Shown piece after piece: positions 45,821 through 59,715 of a stretch of 64,000 nt of DNA (position 1 is the stretch's first letter; every line of letters begins with the position of its first letter). The notes beneath the pieces were generated by a model. It made no database searches. It was not told where the DNA came from and saw only the letters and a list, made by a program, of their open reading frames with translations. The position numbers and the translations under genes are program-made. This stretch comes from the human T2T-CHM13v2.0 reference genome, Homo sapiens: assembly GCF_009914755.1 (NCBI RefSeq), contig NC_060936.1, one strand, 5' to 3'.

Positions 45821-47090
45821 CCTGAAACCCAGTTCTTCTGATGACAAAGCCTGGGTTCTTTTCAACATCCTCTCCACTTGCTGCAGAAACTGCTCAATGA
45901 TTCCAGTCTTCCCCATTCTCCGACAGAAAGAGGAACTTTGACATCACTTCCTCTTATGTGTGGTGTGTTGGAAAGATGAAAATAGCAGGTTGTTCCTCTC
46001 CGTGGCTGGGTCCCTGACCTCGGGCCCAGCGTGGTAGGAAGGCCGAGGTGGAGGGAATAAGCATGTGGAAGCCATGGGAGTGTCTCCTGGGAAGCGGGAG
46101 AGATTAAGGAGGGATGGACCGGGCCCATGTCTGGCATCGGCAATTCTGGTCAAGGTGCATGGGAATGGGAGGGGAGTGGGGAAGCGCCAGGTAGGGTCCA
46201 GCAAGGTGTTCTGGTTGCCCTGGTGATGCCTCTTGGGCTGTGACCCAGAGTGGCGTTGGCATCCAAGGAGAGAATAGGTGCTGGTAACACCTGGAGTCAT
46301 CCCAGCAGGTGTCAGTGGCTGATTCCACTTGGGGGTGACAGAGATGGAGAAGTTGGGCAACCCCCAGTCTGATGGACGGGGTGCAGAGTATGGAAGGAAA
46401 GCCTCGAGTTTGACCTTCACACACACCTTGACCTTGTTGGCAAGCCCGATCTGCAGGTCATCAGTTTGCAGTGATTTTGCCAGTGAACACCTGAGCCCCT
46501 TAGTGCATTGTGCAGCCTGCTGAGAGCACCAAAAACCTCCCCTTAATACCCAGACTCACTGCGGCTTTTCTGAGACCGGCCAGAAGGACAGACGAGAGGG
46601 GTTTCTTATGCACCAGTGGGAGTGGGTCTCTCTCTGACCCAATGCAAGCAGCCCGGAGACATCTTGCTTCCTTGTTTCCATGGCTTGTGGGGAAACCCCG
46701 GTCCCGTGTCCCTGTGCACGCAGATGGCTAGTGGCTCAGTGGGTCTCCGGAGCACAGCCACCTGACACATCTGGGGCTATGGGACGGAAAAGCCCAGAGT
46801 GCCCTCTCTGAGGAGTCATCCCAGCCTGTGGCCACAGTGATGCTGAAGGGGTTTGCAGGCCATAATTAGGGGCTCAGTGTCACCTTTGTCCAGTGCCTGA
46901 GCTGAGAACAGGGCTCCCTGGTGAAAGAATGGCAGGGTCCCTTTTCGCCTCCCGGGGAAGGAGCCGGAGAGAAGGCAGAGCTTGGGAAATTGGCCCTCTG
47001 TCTTCTCCCATCCAGATATGTGGGTCCTGGGCCTTACCTGTACCAAATAAATAACCCATTTCCCAATGGGCAGGCAGCATATGCACTCTC

Positions 47091-47367
47091 TGTGTGTGCG
47101 TGTGCCTGTGCCTGTGTACACGTGCGTGTGTGTGCGTGCATGTGCATGCACCTGTGTGTGTGTGCATGTGCCTGTGTGTGCGCATGTGTGTGCATATGCC
47201 TGTGTGTACCTGTGCCTGCGTATACATGTGCATGTGCACACGTGTGTGCATGCACCTGTGCGTATGCATGTCTCTGCGTGTGCATATGCTTGTGTGTGTG
47301 TGTGCATGTGCCTTTGTGTGTGCATGTGCCTCTGTGTGTGTGTTTGTGTGTGTATGTGCATGTGTGT
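47091..47367. repeat. Degenerate (TG/CA) alternating purine-pyrimidine tract
   Basis: TGTGTGCGTGTGCCTGTG...TGCATGTG, about 280 bp. Confidence 0.92.
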
Positions 47368-48569
47368 TTGCCTGTTTTTTAATAAAGCTCACCAGGAGCC
47401 AGATATCAATTTCTGTCAGAGAGACGCAGAGCATCTGAACCAGAACTAAATAAAAATAAACATTAAACAATTATTGGAATTTAGGTTTATTTAAAAAATC
47501 AGCAGGGTTGAGGGAACCAGCCACCCATTAGCGAGGCAGAACTATCGGGCCTTTTAACAACCCGCTGGTTCTTGGCTGCCAGAGAGATTTGGGCTGTCCA
47601 AGCTGTAGAAACTCCAGATCCTATTGATTAAAGATGATGCAGTAACGAACAAATTATATCATCGTGGCTGCTTGTGGTGCTGGCCAACACTGGCTACCTG
47701 TTTGTCTTGATGGAAATGGCTCTATCTGGGGGACTCCGGGAGGGTGGTTCAGTGTCCCCATCCCAGCCAGCGCTTTCCACTCTGTGCAGTTCCTGCAGCT
47801 GGGTGGAGGCTCCGAACCTCGAGCTGTCTGGGGTTCTTGTGTTTTTCTCCTCTCTGTCCCTTCCATGGACATCTGTAGTTTAAAAGGAGTCTGTGTCTTG
47901 TCAACCAAATCAATGCAAATAACCAGTGAACGTTTCTCGACTTTTCAGTAATAATTGATCTTCCCAGAACTGATATCGTTTGGAAAACGTAAGTAAGGAG
48001 ATCAGCAGTGAGCCAGATGTCCACACTAAGAGAATATAACTGCTCTGAGTTATAGGAAAAGAAATGATTTCCCTTCCAGCTTTAGCTCCAAGAGCTGAGC
48101 AAACTGCCGTGCAGCATCGAGAAGCTTCCAATAAACTCGGGGCTTAGTTCGAGGCAGCCTCAGCCTCTCAGCCAGAAGACTTGGGTGAGTGCGGGACTGG
48201 AATCTTCCAAGCTGATGGGCAGACTTCTTGCCTGCAAATTTTTGGTCTCTAGGTTTTTATCTGGAAGCTGTCTGCACAGCCAGTTGCTGTCAGGGAGAGA
48301 GAGGTTTGTTGTTCTTCTTGAGGGATGTTCAGGCTTAGACCCTGAGCTGGGCATCTACTGCGTGGGAGTCTCCCCTTGGCTGGTTCTTTGGTTGATGTTC
48401 TTGTTGTTCTAATTTGATGGTCATTCCCATACATTGCTGTGATTGGCTCCTGACTTGACCAGGGTGATACTCAGAAAGTCAAATGGGGACGGGGACAGGG
48501 TTGATCTGTGGGCTGGTGGATGGAAAATAGGATGCCAGGGGGCACTTTCTTTATGAACACTGTCATTCT

Positions 48570-49510
48570 TCCAGAACTCATTCATTTGTTCATTTGAGCA
48601 TTCATTCATGTGCTCATGCAACATATAGTTCCGGGGCACCTACTCTCTTCTAGGCACGATGAGGTGCTGGGCGCACAGGGGTACCTGCCCTCCTGGAGCT
48701 TTTAGTCTAGCTATGAAGAGGCACAGACTTGAAATAGTTCCTGATGACATCACAGTTGCCATAGTGCTTCATAGAGGTGAGGAGGCAGCAGCAGGGGCTC
48801 ACGACAGCAGGAAACTGGCCTCATGTTGGGGTGTTGGTCTGCTGGAAGTAATGTTTAAGCTGCAACTTGGCTGAGGGGTAGGCCTGAGTTAGGCCATTGA
48901 TTTTCAGACTTGAGCATGCATTTAAATCACCTGAAATTTCCTTGAAAAAAATCGCCAGGCTCTACCCTCAGAGTTTCTGATTCAGTAGGTCTGGAGCCCG
49001 TCCAAGAATTTGCATTTCTAACAAGATCCCAGGTGACACTGATCCTGCTGGGCCAGAGACTTTGGGAACCACTGAACTGGGCAAAGAATTGGGAGGAGAG
49101 GGCATTCAGGTAGCGGAAACTGCACGTACAAAGGTCCTGGGGCTGGTTTGGGCTTGGCAGTTTCCAGGAACCAAATGAAGGGCCAGAGGGTGGAGCAAAG
49201 CACAAGGACTGTGGGAGGAAATGCTGTAGAGAAGCAGGCAGGGCCCTGACCACACAGGCCTTGCAGACTGGGCTGGAGAGTTCAGATTTGATCTGAAATG
49301 GAATGGGGAGTCCGGGGAGGTTTTAAGCAGGGAAGTATCAACATCCAGTTTACATCTTGAAATGCCCTGTCTGGCTGCCAGGGTGGAAGTGAGATGGCAG
49401 AGAATTGCATGGAGCCAGGGAGGCCCCTGCAAGCATCCAGGCAGGAATTGGCAGTGACCAGACCAGGCTGATGACAGCAGGCATGGAGAGGCACGGGACG
49501 TGTCTGAATG
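48570..49510 (-). mobile_element. L2 remnant interrupted by MER5A
   Basis: TCATTCATTTGTTCATT...GGCACCTACTCTCTTCTAGGCAC...GAGGTTTTAAGCAGGGAAGT. Confidence 0.7.
48896..49074. mobile_element. MER5A (hAT-Charlie)
   Basis: CAGAGTTTCTGATTCAGTAGGTCTGG...AATTTGCATTTCTAACAAG...TTTGGGAACCACTG. Confidence 0.85.
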
Positions 49511-51199
49511 AGTCCACGCTCCTGCTTTCCAGGAAGTTTTCCTGATCAGTTTGGTTCCACCCTTCAATCTGTGAACCCTAATTTCTCACTTGAAGAAGTT
49601 GTCCTATGTTGACGTGACATTAGCAGTTCCTTGAGGGTAGGGCTGTGTGTGTCATATGTGAGTCACATGCAGCCCCTAGTTGGATACACAATACCTTATA
49701 CTAGCTGGCCAAAAGCACGGGACAGTTTACCTGCAATGGTTACCACATCCAGTTTTCCAAATACCCTGCAGGAAAGGTGGAGTTGTGCCCATTTTGCAGA
49801 GGGGGAAAACTGAGATTCAGAAAGGGCACGGGATACTCCCAAGCTCCCCAAGGTGGGCTGAAGGAAAAGCAAGATTCCCTCTACAGACTGGGGTGCCCTC
49901 TGGTGACCAGACAAAGGGAACAGGGACATCACCACCCGTGAACCCTAGACAGCAACCACAATTCTCTTTGGAGGTATCAGCAGCCTTCCCCAGGATGATG
50001 ATCAGGCCACCGGAAATATTAAGCAGATAGAGAAGAAATTGCAGTTTTGAAGAAGTCAAAAATGGCCAAATAGCAGCAGTTTCCTGTGGTTCAACTGAAA
50101 TCAAAATATAAAGAGGAAATCTTACAATTCCAGAAAATTCTGCTACAGCATGAGGAAGAGGAGTCACCATGCAGTCTAAATTGTCTCTGGAAGCAGCTCC
50201 CCCCCACACACAGAAGAGGGGGCCGTACAGGGATGCAGCATCTTAGAATCAGTCTATAATGCAATCAATTTTGTACATCCCTGGTGAAACAGCAACATTT
50301 ATTTAACGTCTTTTATAGAGCAGCTGAGTTTTATCACAAATCACATTCCATTTCTATTCATCTGGGACTCCTTGAAGGCTAAAATGCACTTACTTTTCTC
50401 CGAGGAAATTTACCAATTCCTCAGTAAAGACCCATTTGCCTCTGTATGTAAAATTGACACATTTATTGAATATTAAACATTTAAGGTTTTTTTTACCAAC
50501 CCCCTCCCCACCCACACCTTTTTTTTTTTTTTTTTTTACACTTTTCCACAAAGCTTCATAGTCATTAGGGAACCTTCCTCAAAGTGGTGAGAAACACATA
50601 TTTATGGGCAGAAACCAGCCGACATTTAAATTTGGGGCTTTCTGATTACTGGGAAATGGTCAAGTGACATCATAAATTTATAGAGCAGCACCCCATGCCT
50701 TTGAGTGGCCTCTCTAAGCTGTGTGCTTTTCCCATCTCTTTGTGGCAGGCTTGGTCACGCGGCAATATCGTGTTGGGTTCTCAACAAAAGTTTTTTTGTC
50801 TACACTCATAACATTTGCAGAAGGTAGGGACTGCCTCCCTGGCAATAAATTGTGCTAATTAGCATGAGGGCCTATTAATAAAGCAAGTTTTCTTTTATCC
50901 ATGTTACTGAATGGTCGGAGACATCAGTTAAAGTGTATGTTCAAGACAATGTCTTTTTCACCGCCGGTTGCAATGTTTTTGTTTAAAAAAAAAAAGTAAG
51001 CGGGGATCTGGGCAGCTTATTGTACATGTTTTTGTGTCTTTAACATGAGAGACGGCTGAACTGTTGAACTTAGGTCTTGAATGTTGGGTCCAGATCTCCT
51101 ACCTCTGTCTCTAAATCAAGGCATTAGGTGGCAGGGGCGGGAAGGCAGTGGGTGCTTTTCCCTAGATTGGGGGGAGAACTGATGGGGTTTGAGGAGTCT

Positions 51200-51522
51200 C
51201 TTCTTCTTCTTCTTCTTTTTTTTTTTTTTTTTTTTTTTTTGAGAGACAGAGTTGTTTCACTCTGTTGCCCAGGCTGCAATACAGTGATGCGATCACAGCT
51301 CACTGCATCCTCAAACTCCTGGGCTTAAGCAATCCTCCTGCCTCAGCCTCTTGAGTACCTGGGAACACAGGTGTGCACCACACCTAATTTTTTTTTTAAT
51401 TTTGTAGAAACAGGGTCTCACTATATTGCCCAGGCTGGTCTTGAACTCCTGGCCTCGAGCAATCCTCATGCCTTGGCCTCCCAAAAGTGCTGAGATTACA
51501 GGTGTGAGCCACCATGCCCAGT
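51200..51522 (-). mobile_element. AluJ
   Basis: TSD TGAGGA(G/A)T(C/A)TCTTC. Confidence 0.92.
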
Positions 51523-52047
51523 GTGAGGAATATCTTCCTAATGAGCTTGGGGATCGGGGAGACTCAGGCTCCAGTCCTGACTTCCCTACCTGCCATCTTT
51601 GTAACCTTAAGCAAGTGACTTTTACCTCTTGAAGCCTCAGTTTCCTCTTCTATTACATAAGGATAACCACAGTGCCCATGTCATGGGGCTGTGGGCAGGA
51701 TTAAATGAACTAATCCATGGAAGATTCTGGAAGGAACCCCAAACATCATTGCTCTTGTCCTGGGGACTTTATTCAGTGCCAGGTTTGGATGGGGAAAAAA
51801 AGGTTGTTGTGTCCAACCCCCACTCCAGGCTCTATTTTCCCTCCACAGGATCTATCAGGTCACCAGTATATGCTGGGCCACCTTTGGGGACAGGGCTCCT
51901 GACCATCAGGGCTGCTTTCCTTTGTTGGGCTGAAACTTGTTCACATGTGACTTCCTTGGCCCACACAGATCTGAACTCCTCTCCCATTCATTCCCCAATT
52001 CCTCCAGTCTGTTCACCGGAGGAAATGCCTGCAGGTCCTTTGAGATC

Positions 52048-52259
52048 CAGTTTTCTCAACCTCGCACATGAAGGGCATTTTGGACTGGAAAATTTCTCAT
52101 TGCAGGGTCGTCCTGTGCCTTGTAAGATGTTTAGCAACATCTCCAGCCTCCACCCACTAGACGCCAGTAGTACACCCCTAGTTGTGACTATCAAATATAT
52201 CTTTAGACATAGCCAAATGTCCCCCAGAGGACAAAATCACCCCTGCTTGAGAACCACTG
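52048..52259 (-). mobile_element. MER20
   Basis: CCCACTAGACGCCAGTAG...CAAAATCACCCCTGCTTGAGAACCACTG. Confidence 0.88.
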
Positions 52260-52464
52260 TTCTAGAGTTTTGGGTCTTCCCCGTGCTGGGCTCCTTCAGG
52301 ATGTCTTATCTCTGTGCCCTCTGGCATGCCAGCACCCCTGTGGCTTATGCATCCAAAATGTTTTCCGTGCCTACTTGGGAGCAGGGCCCGCGTTTACTTG
52401 GCACAAGCTAAACCTTGTTGAGAGCCTGAGACCCCAAAAGCAAACATCATGAAAAATCAAATAA

Positions 52465-52894
<430 letters not shown>

Positions 52895-54757
52895 TGAACA
52901 GTCAGAGCTAACTTTTCATGGAATGGAAGGTCAGTGGTCATTGAAGGTTTCTGACCAGGGCTGGCCCGAGGCCTGGGTTAGCATTTGGGTTTTGCTGTTG
53001 ATTGTCCTAGTGACGATACCTCTGTGGACCTCAGTTTCCTCATCTCTATAATGGGAATAAAAATATAACTGTCTCAAAGCATTGTTGCTGCCATTCAGAG
53101 AATCACCCCATACAAAATGCCCAGCGCGTAGTAAGCAATCAATAAGTTATAGCTGTCATTGTTTGTTCTTATTGTTGTTTGCCAATAAGAAATACACATC
53201 CAAAGAATGAGAGTAATTCACCCAAGGTCACTCAGTGGTTCTGTGTAAAAACACTGGGTCGAGCATCTTTTTTCCAGAAACCCTGGGGTTTTCTGCAAAG
53301 GTCTGTCTGTGTCTAGAAGAAGAGATTCCAAGATGATCTATTTTATGTGATTCTCACCCCATTAACAGCCTGCAGCTTTGCCAGAATATCCTCTTTTCAC
53401 TTTCATTTTAAAAACCAGCCAGTGTAATAAATCTTGCCCCGAAATCTCGGCAGCACATCTTGGCTGGAGTGTATGATAAATCTAATATACTGTGGCCTCT
53501 CTGTATGAGAGACCCTAGTACATATCTGTATTTTGGGCAGACAGCCCTGTGGTCTGGCAGGAATATAATTTGCTGTCACGTTGACAAGTCCAGCCCTCTG
53601 ACTGGGTTCATCCTTGTTCCACAACTTCCTTGGCTCAAGGGTGGACTTATGACCCGGTCCAGCCACTCCCCCTCCCCCATTTAAAACACAGAACGTGACT
53701 GAGAACTAGAACTGGATTTGCAAGGGACCAGCTGGGATGGAAAGGGAATGGTCACGGGTGGGACACTGGGAGGGAGGGCAGGGGTCCCCACTTTGATCAG
53801 TCAATGAATATTTCTTAAATACCTACTATGTGCCTGGCATCATGCCAGGGGCTGGGTACACAGGTGAACAAGACCGAGTCAGGGTTTAATGAGGGAGATG
53901 GACATTTATGGGATGGCCGTTTGGAATGAAGTCCAATGATTTATGCCTGTGATGAGGGCTCAGATGGAAGCGCAGGGGCCGTGGGGGCTTGGGGATGTCC
54001 TGTGGTGGTGATATCCCAGGGCTGAGCTGGAAGACCGTGTGCATGTGCCAGGTCCAGGAGCGTGTCTGGACTCTGTAACGGGGAATGACAGCAAGGGGGT
54101 CAGCGGTCGGCGCAGGGGAAAGCAGGGCTGAGAGAGGCCTGGGAGCAGACTGTGCAGGACCACACAGGGCCTTTTGCTCAAAGCCAGCAGCAGCCAAGGG
54201 GGGTTTGGAAGGATTAGTTTACCTTTCAGACGTTCCCTGAGCTACCGCACAGAGATCAGACTGGACAGGGCAATAGTGGGAGCCCTAGAGGGGACCGTGG
54301 ACTCCCCTCCTCATTGAGGATCCCCTCACAGGGAGCCTAGCAGGACCCCTGGAAGGCCAGGAAACAGTGCCCAAAAGGGTCAAGGACTTTGGAATGCATT
54401 TCAGCCCCAGCCCTGCCCCTGACTGACCTGTTTAAATCACTTCCCCTCTCTGAGCCTTGGTTTCTTCACCTGTAAGATGGGCATAATACCAACACCCGCC
54501 GTGGAGGAGTATTACAAAGATAAATCAGGAGACCACATATAAGGTGCACAGGATGGGGACACCAAGCACCCAAGAAATGTTCATGATGAATTCTGTTTAC
54601 TAGCTGTGTGACCTGGGGATGTTTAACTTCACTTCTTTGGGCCTCAGTTTCCAAATCTGCAGAATGGCATTAATAACGATCCTACTTCATGGTGGTGTTG
54701 AGAGGATTGAATGGGTTAGAATGGTGCGTGGCACAGAGTTCATTCCGGCTGATCTGA

Positions 54758-55168
<411 letters not shown>

Positions 55169-56029
55169 TAATTTTTACCCTGACCCCGGATCATGCCATG
55201 GCACTAGTCCAGATCCTGTCTTGTGCTCCACTGCATCCCTGGCAGAATTCCAGCCCCCATGGGGCCCCCTGACCCCACCCTCCCCCCACCTCACCCTGCT
55301 GGGCTTCTGACCTTGTGTCCCTCCTCACCTTGGACAACAAGCTCATCAGAATTAAAGGAGTCTTCGGGAACCCTCCACACCCCTGACTGGTGCCTGCAGG
55401 TGTTCCTCTCTACAGTCTCATTCATTCCCTCACTACTTCCTCCCTCTCCTGCTTTCCAAGAAGCAGAATCACCTTCCACTTCTCCAGCGCAGGACATGAG
55501 CAGATCCCTCTACAGGGAGGGAAACCAATTCCACGGACCCTTAAGAATTGCTCCTCTCAGCCTGAGTCTGCAGACCTCCACCGAAGAACCCTTGACATGT
55601 GGCATTCAAATCTTGGGCTAAGAAATGATCCTTCAGCCGCCAGCTGTCCCTGCAAAGGAGAATTTGGGCCTTTACGACAGGCCGAGAAATAATTTCTTTG
55701 GATTCGTGTCAACATAGAAAAGTAAAAGGAAAGGTTAGGGGACACACAGTTTGGAAAACGCTGGCTTTGGCTCTCATATTCTGGAACTTTCTTCCTCCCA
55801 GTCTGATAGGAACAAAGGGCCTCTGAGGATCTGGTGGGACTGAGGCCTCCAGTCCTCTCCTCTCCTGGACCTCTCAGCTCCTGCAGCTGTGGTGGCCCCA
55901 TGCCTGGGTCCCAGGGAAAACCTAGTCCTCCCCCAGCCTCCCCAGACCCAAGGTTGCCTCCCCTCCTCAAAGTGAGAAGGCCGGTGGGCGAGGCTCCCCT
56001 GAGTTATTGAGGGAAGAAATATGGCCGAG

Positions 56030-57150
56030 AACCCTTTCTGTAAAAATAACCTCCCGGGCTCCTCCTTTATGGGTGAGGGAAAGTGCTTAAAATGCTTAGA
56101 GGGAATAAACAGCTTTTAATGAAGTTACATTGCCACATAATGGGTATCATAAAATTGCCTTCATACTACAGGGTCCCAGGATGGCATTTATTATCGACTG
56201 CGCCGGAATAGTCTTTGCAGAGCTCCGGCAGCTGCAGAGAGAAGAATGCAAAAGTCTCCTTAAATTACCTGATTGAAATAACCAGGCGGAATATTCCGCG
56301 GGGCCGCCGCGTGCCAGGGAAGCCGCCTTTGGGGTGGTCTGTCAGAGGCGGTTTGTGCATTCTGAGGAACACAGGAGTTTCATTGCAGCAAAACAGATGT
56401 TCATCTTGTTTCTCCATCGGCTGTTTGATGAGAAATTTATTGCTCTTCCGCTGGGCAGGAGGCCCCTCTCGGCTGTGGAGTCTATTAGGCAAGCCAGCAG
56501 CTGGCGGGAAGCCAAGGTGAGGCTGTTTTGATGAAACCCATGAAAAGCTTTGGCTTGGAGGCGCCGGTAATAATGCACTGGCTAGACTCTCCTGATTGGG
56601 CGATTGATTGGCCTGATTTGATTTATTGATCAATACCCTCAAATTTGGCGTCTGAGAAGCTGCACTAATCTTTAACTGTTGTGAACATCTCTACCTGCTG
56701 GAGAATTAGATCCTGATAAGGAATGTATGAAAGGAATCGGGGCTTATCTTAATCACACACCGGGCCCCAGCACTGCCCGAGCCGGCGAGGGCCTCTGTGC
56801 ACCAGCTCCATTGCCAGGCAGGCCTGCGCAGATCTATAAATTGATGGAATTCAAAGCCTCCAGCATCGATTACCGTTATAACAAACAGTGGTGCACAGAA
56901 TGTCTGATTATTTTTAGACAAAGATTCTGTTCTCTCAGCAGCAATTTTGCTGAGGCTGTCACTGTGTCAGATGTCTACTGTTGATTGCAATTAGATGCAA
57001 TACAAAAAAAAATTAAACTATCTGCATCCTCACTCTTATTTCCAGTTATTAAATCTCTCTCTTTGTTTGCCATTTCCTCATGATATCTACAGCTGGATGA
57101 AATATTTGGTTGGCAAGAGAAATCCTTGTAATTCATGGGGGGTGCAAGGA
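56030..57150. promoter_or_regulatory. Candidate conserved enhancer (CpG-retaining, repeat-free)
   Basis: More than 1 kb without repeats, many retained CpGs, dense TGAT, TAAT and ATAAA motifs. Confidence 0.55.
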
Positions 57151-58094
57151 CCCACTGACTCATCGGATTATCTCCGACGGGTGCACCTAATCTGGGAGGA
57201 GGGGAGGCGCACAGGGAGGTGGGGGGACATTTGTTTAAAAATGTGCAAAGGGAAGACTTGATGCAAAGATGTTTCAGGGCAGGGTCGGGGGATAAAAATC
57301 AATCTCTGAAGCCCTCCCGAATGACTGTGATGGGTTTAATCTGTGTTCCGTTCCCTTCCACATAGAGCAGGACCTAACTAGAGACATGCCCCCATCCTAG
57401 GGCCCCGGGGAGGTTATCCATAGTGATCAGAGCTCAAAGGTTGGCACCACTTGAAATAATTAATTCCTCTAAACAGAGGACCACTTCCACGCTAAATCAT
57501 ACCTGAAGAGTGGGCTCCAGGTAATTGCAGGTATGAACAAATTAGGCATTCTCTTTTACATACAGCCCGGCGGCCAGCATCCTGGCGTTGGGCAAATCCA
57601 TTCATCATCCTGACGTTCTCCAGTTGATCCGTCTTCTCAGAGCCATTAGCCCCCACGTCCTTGACGGTGGAACAGTTGTAAACTCGAGACCATCCGTGGG
57701 GTGGCTGAGACTGACAATTCATTACGCAGTTGGATGGAGAAGGCGGCTCAGGTGACAATGCTGAGGCCTCCCAGTTCCCAGAAGCTGGCTCCGCTTGGAA
57801 TTGGCAACTGCTGGCTAATTTTAGAACAGTCATCGTTGGGGATGGAGAAGGAGGAGGAGGCAGCTTTGACTTTGGGGTCAGACGAGCGGGTCCTGCAGAA
57901 ATTGGCTGAGCTCAGTAACACATTGATCACCAAGGCAAGTGGTCATCTTCGTTCAGGTGGGCATGGGACAGTGGTCCCTGAGCCAGCCCAGGATACATTC
58001 AAGTGCCCCCAAAAGGACATTCCAGGGGAGCCAATGAAGGGACTCATAGCTCCCTGGTGACAGGGAAAGGGCCAGTCTCGTTCAATAATCGGAA

Positions 58095-58330
58095 TAGCAC
58101 CAGCCATTTATTCGCCACCAACTGCCCCGGATCCTGTACCAAGCATTTGACATGCACCTTCCTCCTTCAATCTGCCCGGGTACCTTGGGAGGAGGTTATA
58201 ATTCTACCTGTTTGGGAGATGCAGAAACTGAGGCTCAGAGGCCTTGAGCAACTTGTCCAAGGTCACACAGCTAAGAATGGGTGAGGCTGGAAGTCAAATT
58301 CAGGTCAGTTTCTGAAGTTTATGTGCTTCA
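58095..58330 (-). mobile_element. MIR
   Basis: GAAACTGAGGCTCAGAGGCCTTGAGCAACTTGTCCAAGGTCACACAGCTA. Confidence 0.78.
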
Positions 58331-59249
58331 CCCCAGTTGAGAACTCAATGAATATTTGTGGAATGGCTGGATGAATTACTGAATGAATGAATGATATGTG
58401 AACATCCAGTCGGGACTCAGCTGGGCTCTGGGATAGCCAAGAATGACAGGGTCAGGCTGTCCCTCAGGCAGGCCTGGCATTTGGGCCTCCAAGCCTGCTG
58501 GGGGTGGCTCCTGCTTCATCTTCATGGGCATAGAGCTGTGCCCAGGCTCCAGTCCCCTCAGTTGGAGGAGCCAGTTTAACATCACCAGAGAATTCTGTGC
58601 AAGGAAATCTCAGGGTCTGAGGGGTCTGGCAATAGGCAGAAGCAACACCGGGGTCTCAGAGGCAGGGTGAGGTTGTTGTTTACCTGGCTGGGAGCCAGAT
58701 TGCTTCGAGCCAGGATAGCATGGGGGTTAAACGCTCAAACCCTAAAGTCAACAGACCTTGGTTTGAATCCCAGCCTCATCACATTCTTAGCTTTGTGTGA
58801 CCTTGGGCAAGTGACTAAACCTCTCTGGGCGTCACTTCTCCATCCTGCAGGTAGGGCTGATGACAGTGCATCCCTGTCCAGGTGACTGTGAGATAGAATG
58901 AGGTCATACACATCAGTGCTCACATAGTGCCTGGCGCGTTCTGTTTGGTGGCAGTAATTATTGGCCTAGGGCATTTGGGGAGTCCCACCACCCCCTGCAG
59001 ATATTTGTGACTAACAAGCTTATTTAGCTCAAGGAGAATTCCAGGTCAAGGCAAAGAGGTATCAAGTGACCTCCTTGAAGTTACTGTGAGACTTTTTCCT
59101 TGGGTGGCTGGCACCCATTGCTACCTATTGTCACCTATTGCCACCCTCTTCTGGACACACTTCAATCGTCCGTATCCTCTGCCTTTTCCCTTTTACATCC
59201 TCGACATCCTGACCCTCATCCTCGGCATGGCTGCAGGAAAGAGGCAGTC

Positions 59250-59715
59250 CCTTGCGGGGTTGATGGGAGCAGCCATCAATGTGGTCCCTTTGAGGGGCAA
59301 GCTGGCAACATCTATGACATTTACATAGGTGCAGCTGTGTGACCCAGTCCTTCTTTGTCTAAGAACTTATTCTTCAGATACACCCATATGTGACTACCAA
59401 GATGTACATCTCAGTGTGTTGGTGTGGCATTAATAGTAAGAGGAAACCCTGGAAAAAACCTAAGTATCCATGAGTCGGGGATTGGAAGTAACCTGTTTCC
59501 ACAAGGTGGGGACTGGAAGTAAACTAAGTGTCTATGAGTGGGGAATTGGAAGTAACCTGAGTGTCCATGAGTAGGGGATTGGAAGTAACCTAAGTGACTG
59601 AATAGATAAGACTCATCCATACAAAATATTCTGCAACCATAAAGAGGCAGAAGGATGCTCTTGATGTACTGATAAAAAGGAGCAGACAATAAATTCTATG
59701 AAAATGGCACACTGT
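59250..59715 (+). mobile_element. Old L1ME 3' region containing a tandem amplification
   Basis: TTTGAGGGGCAAGCTGGCAACATCTAT...GACCCAGT...CATCCATACAAAATATTCTGCAACCATAAAG. Confidence 0.65.
59450..59596 (+). repeat. 33-bp minisatellite, about 4.5 copies
   Basis: Units start at 59450, 59483, 59514, 59547 and 59580; consensus TGGAAGTAACCTAAGTGTCCATGAGTNGGGGAT. Confidence 0.9.

Noticed and set aside
46816-47470. His/Thr- and Cys/Val-rich ORFs resembling metal-binding proteins
   Set aside because: Artefacts of the TG/CA low-complexity tract being open in all frames
51629-52411. Longest ORF (260 aa)
   Set aside because: Starts at a TTG inside a MIR and runs through MER20; no recognisable domain, so a chance ORF
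59450-59596. CRISPR-like periodic repeat
   Set aside because: Units are homologous along their whole length with no unique spacers; eukaryotic L1 context and no cas genes
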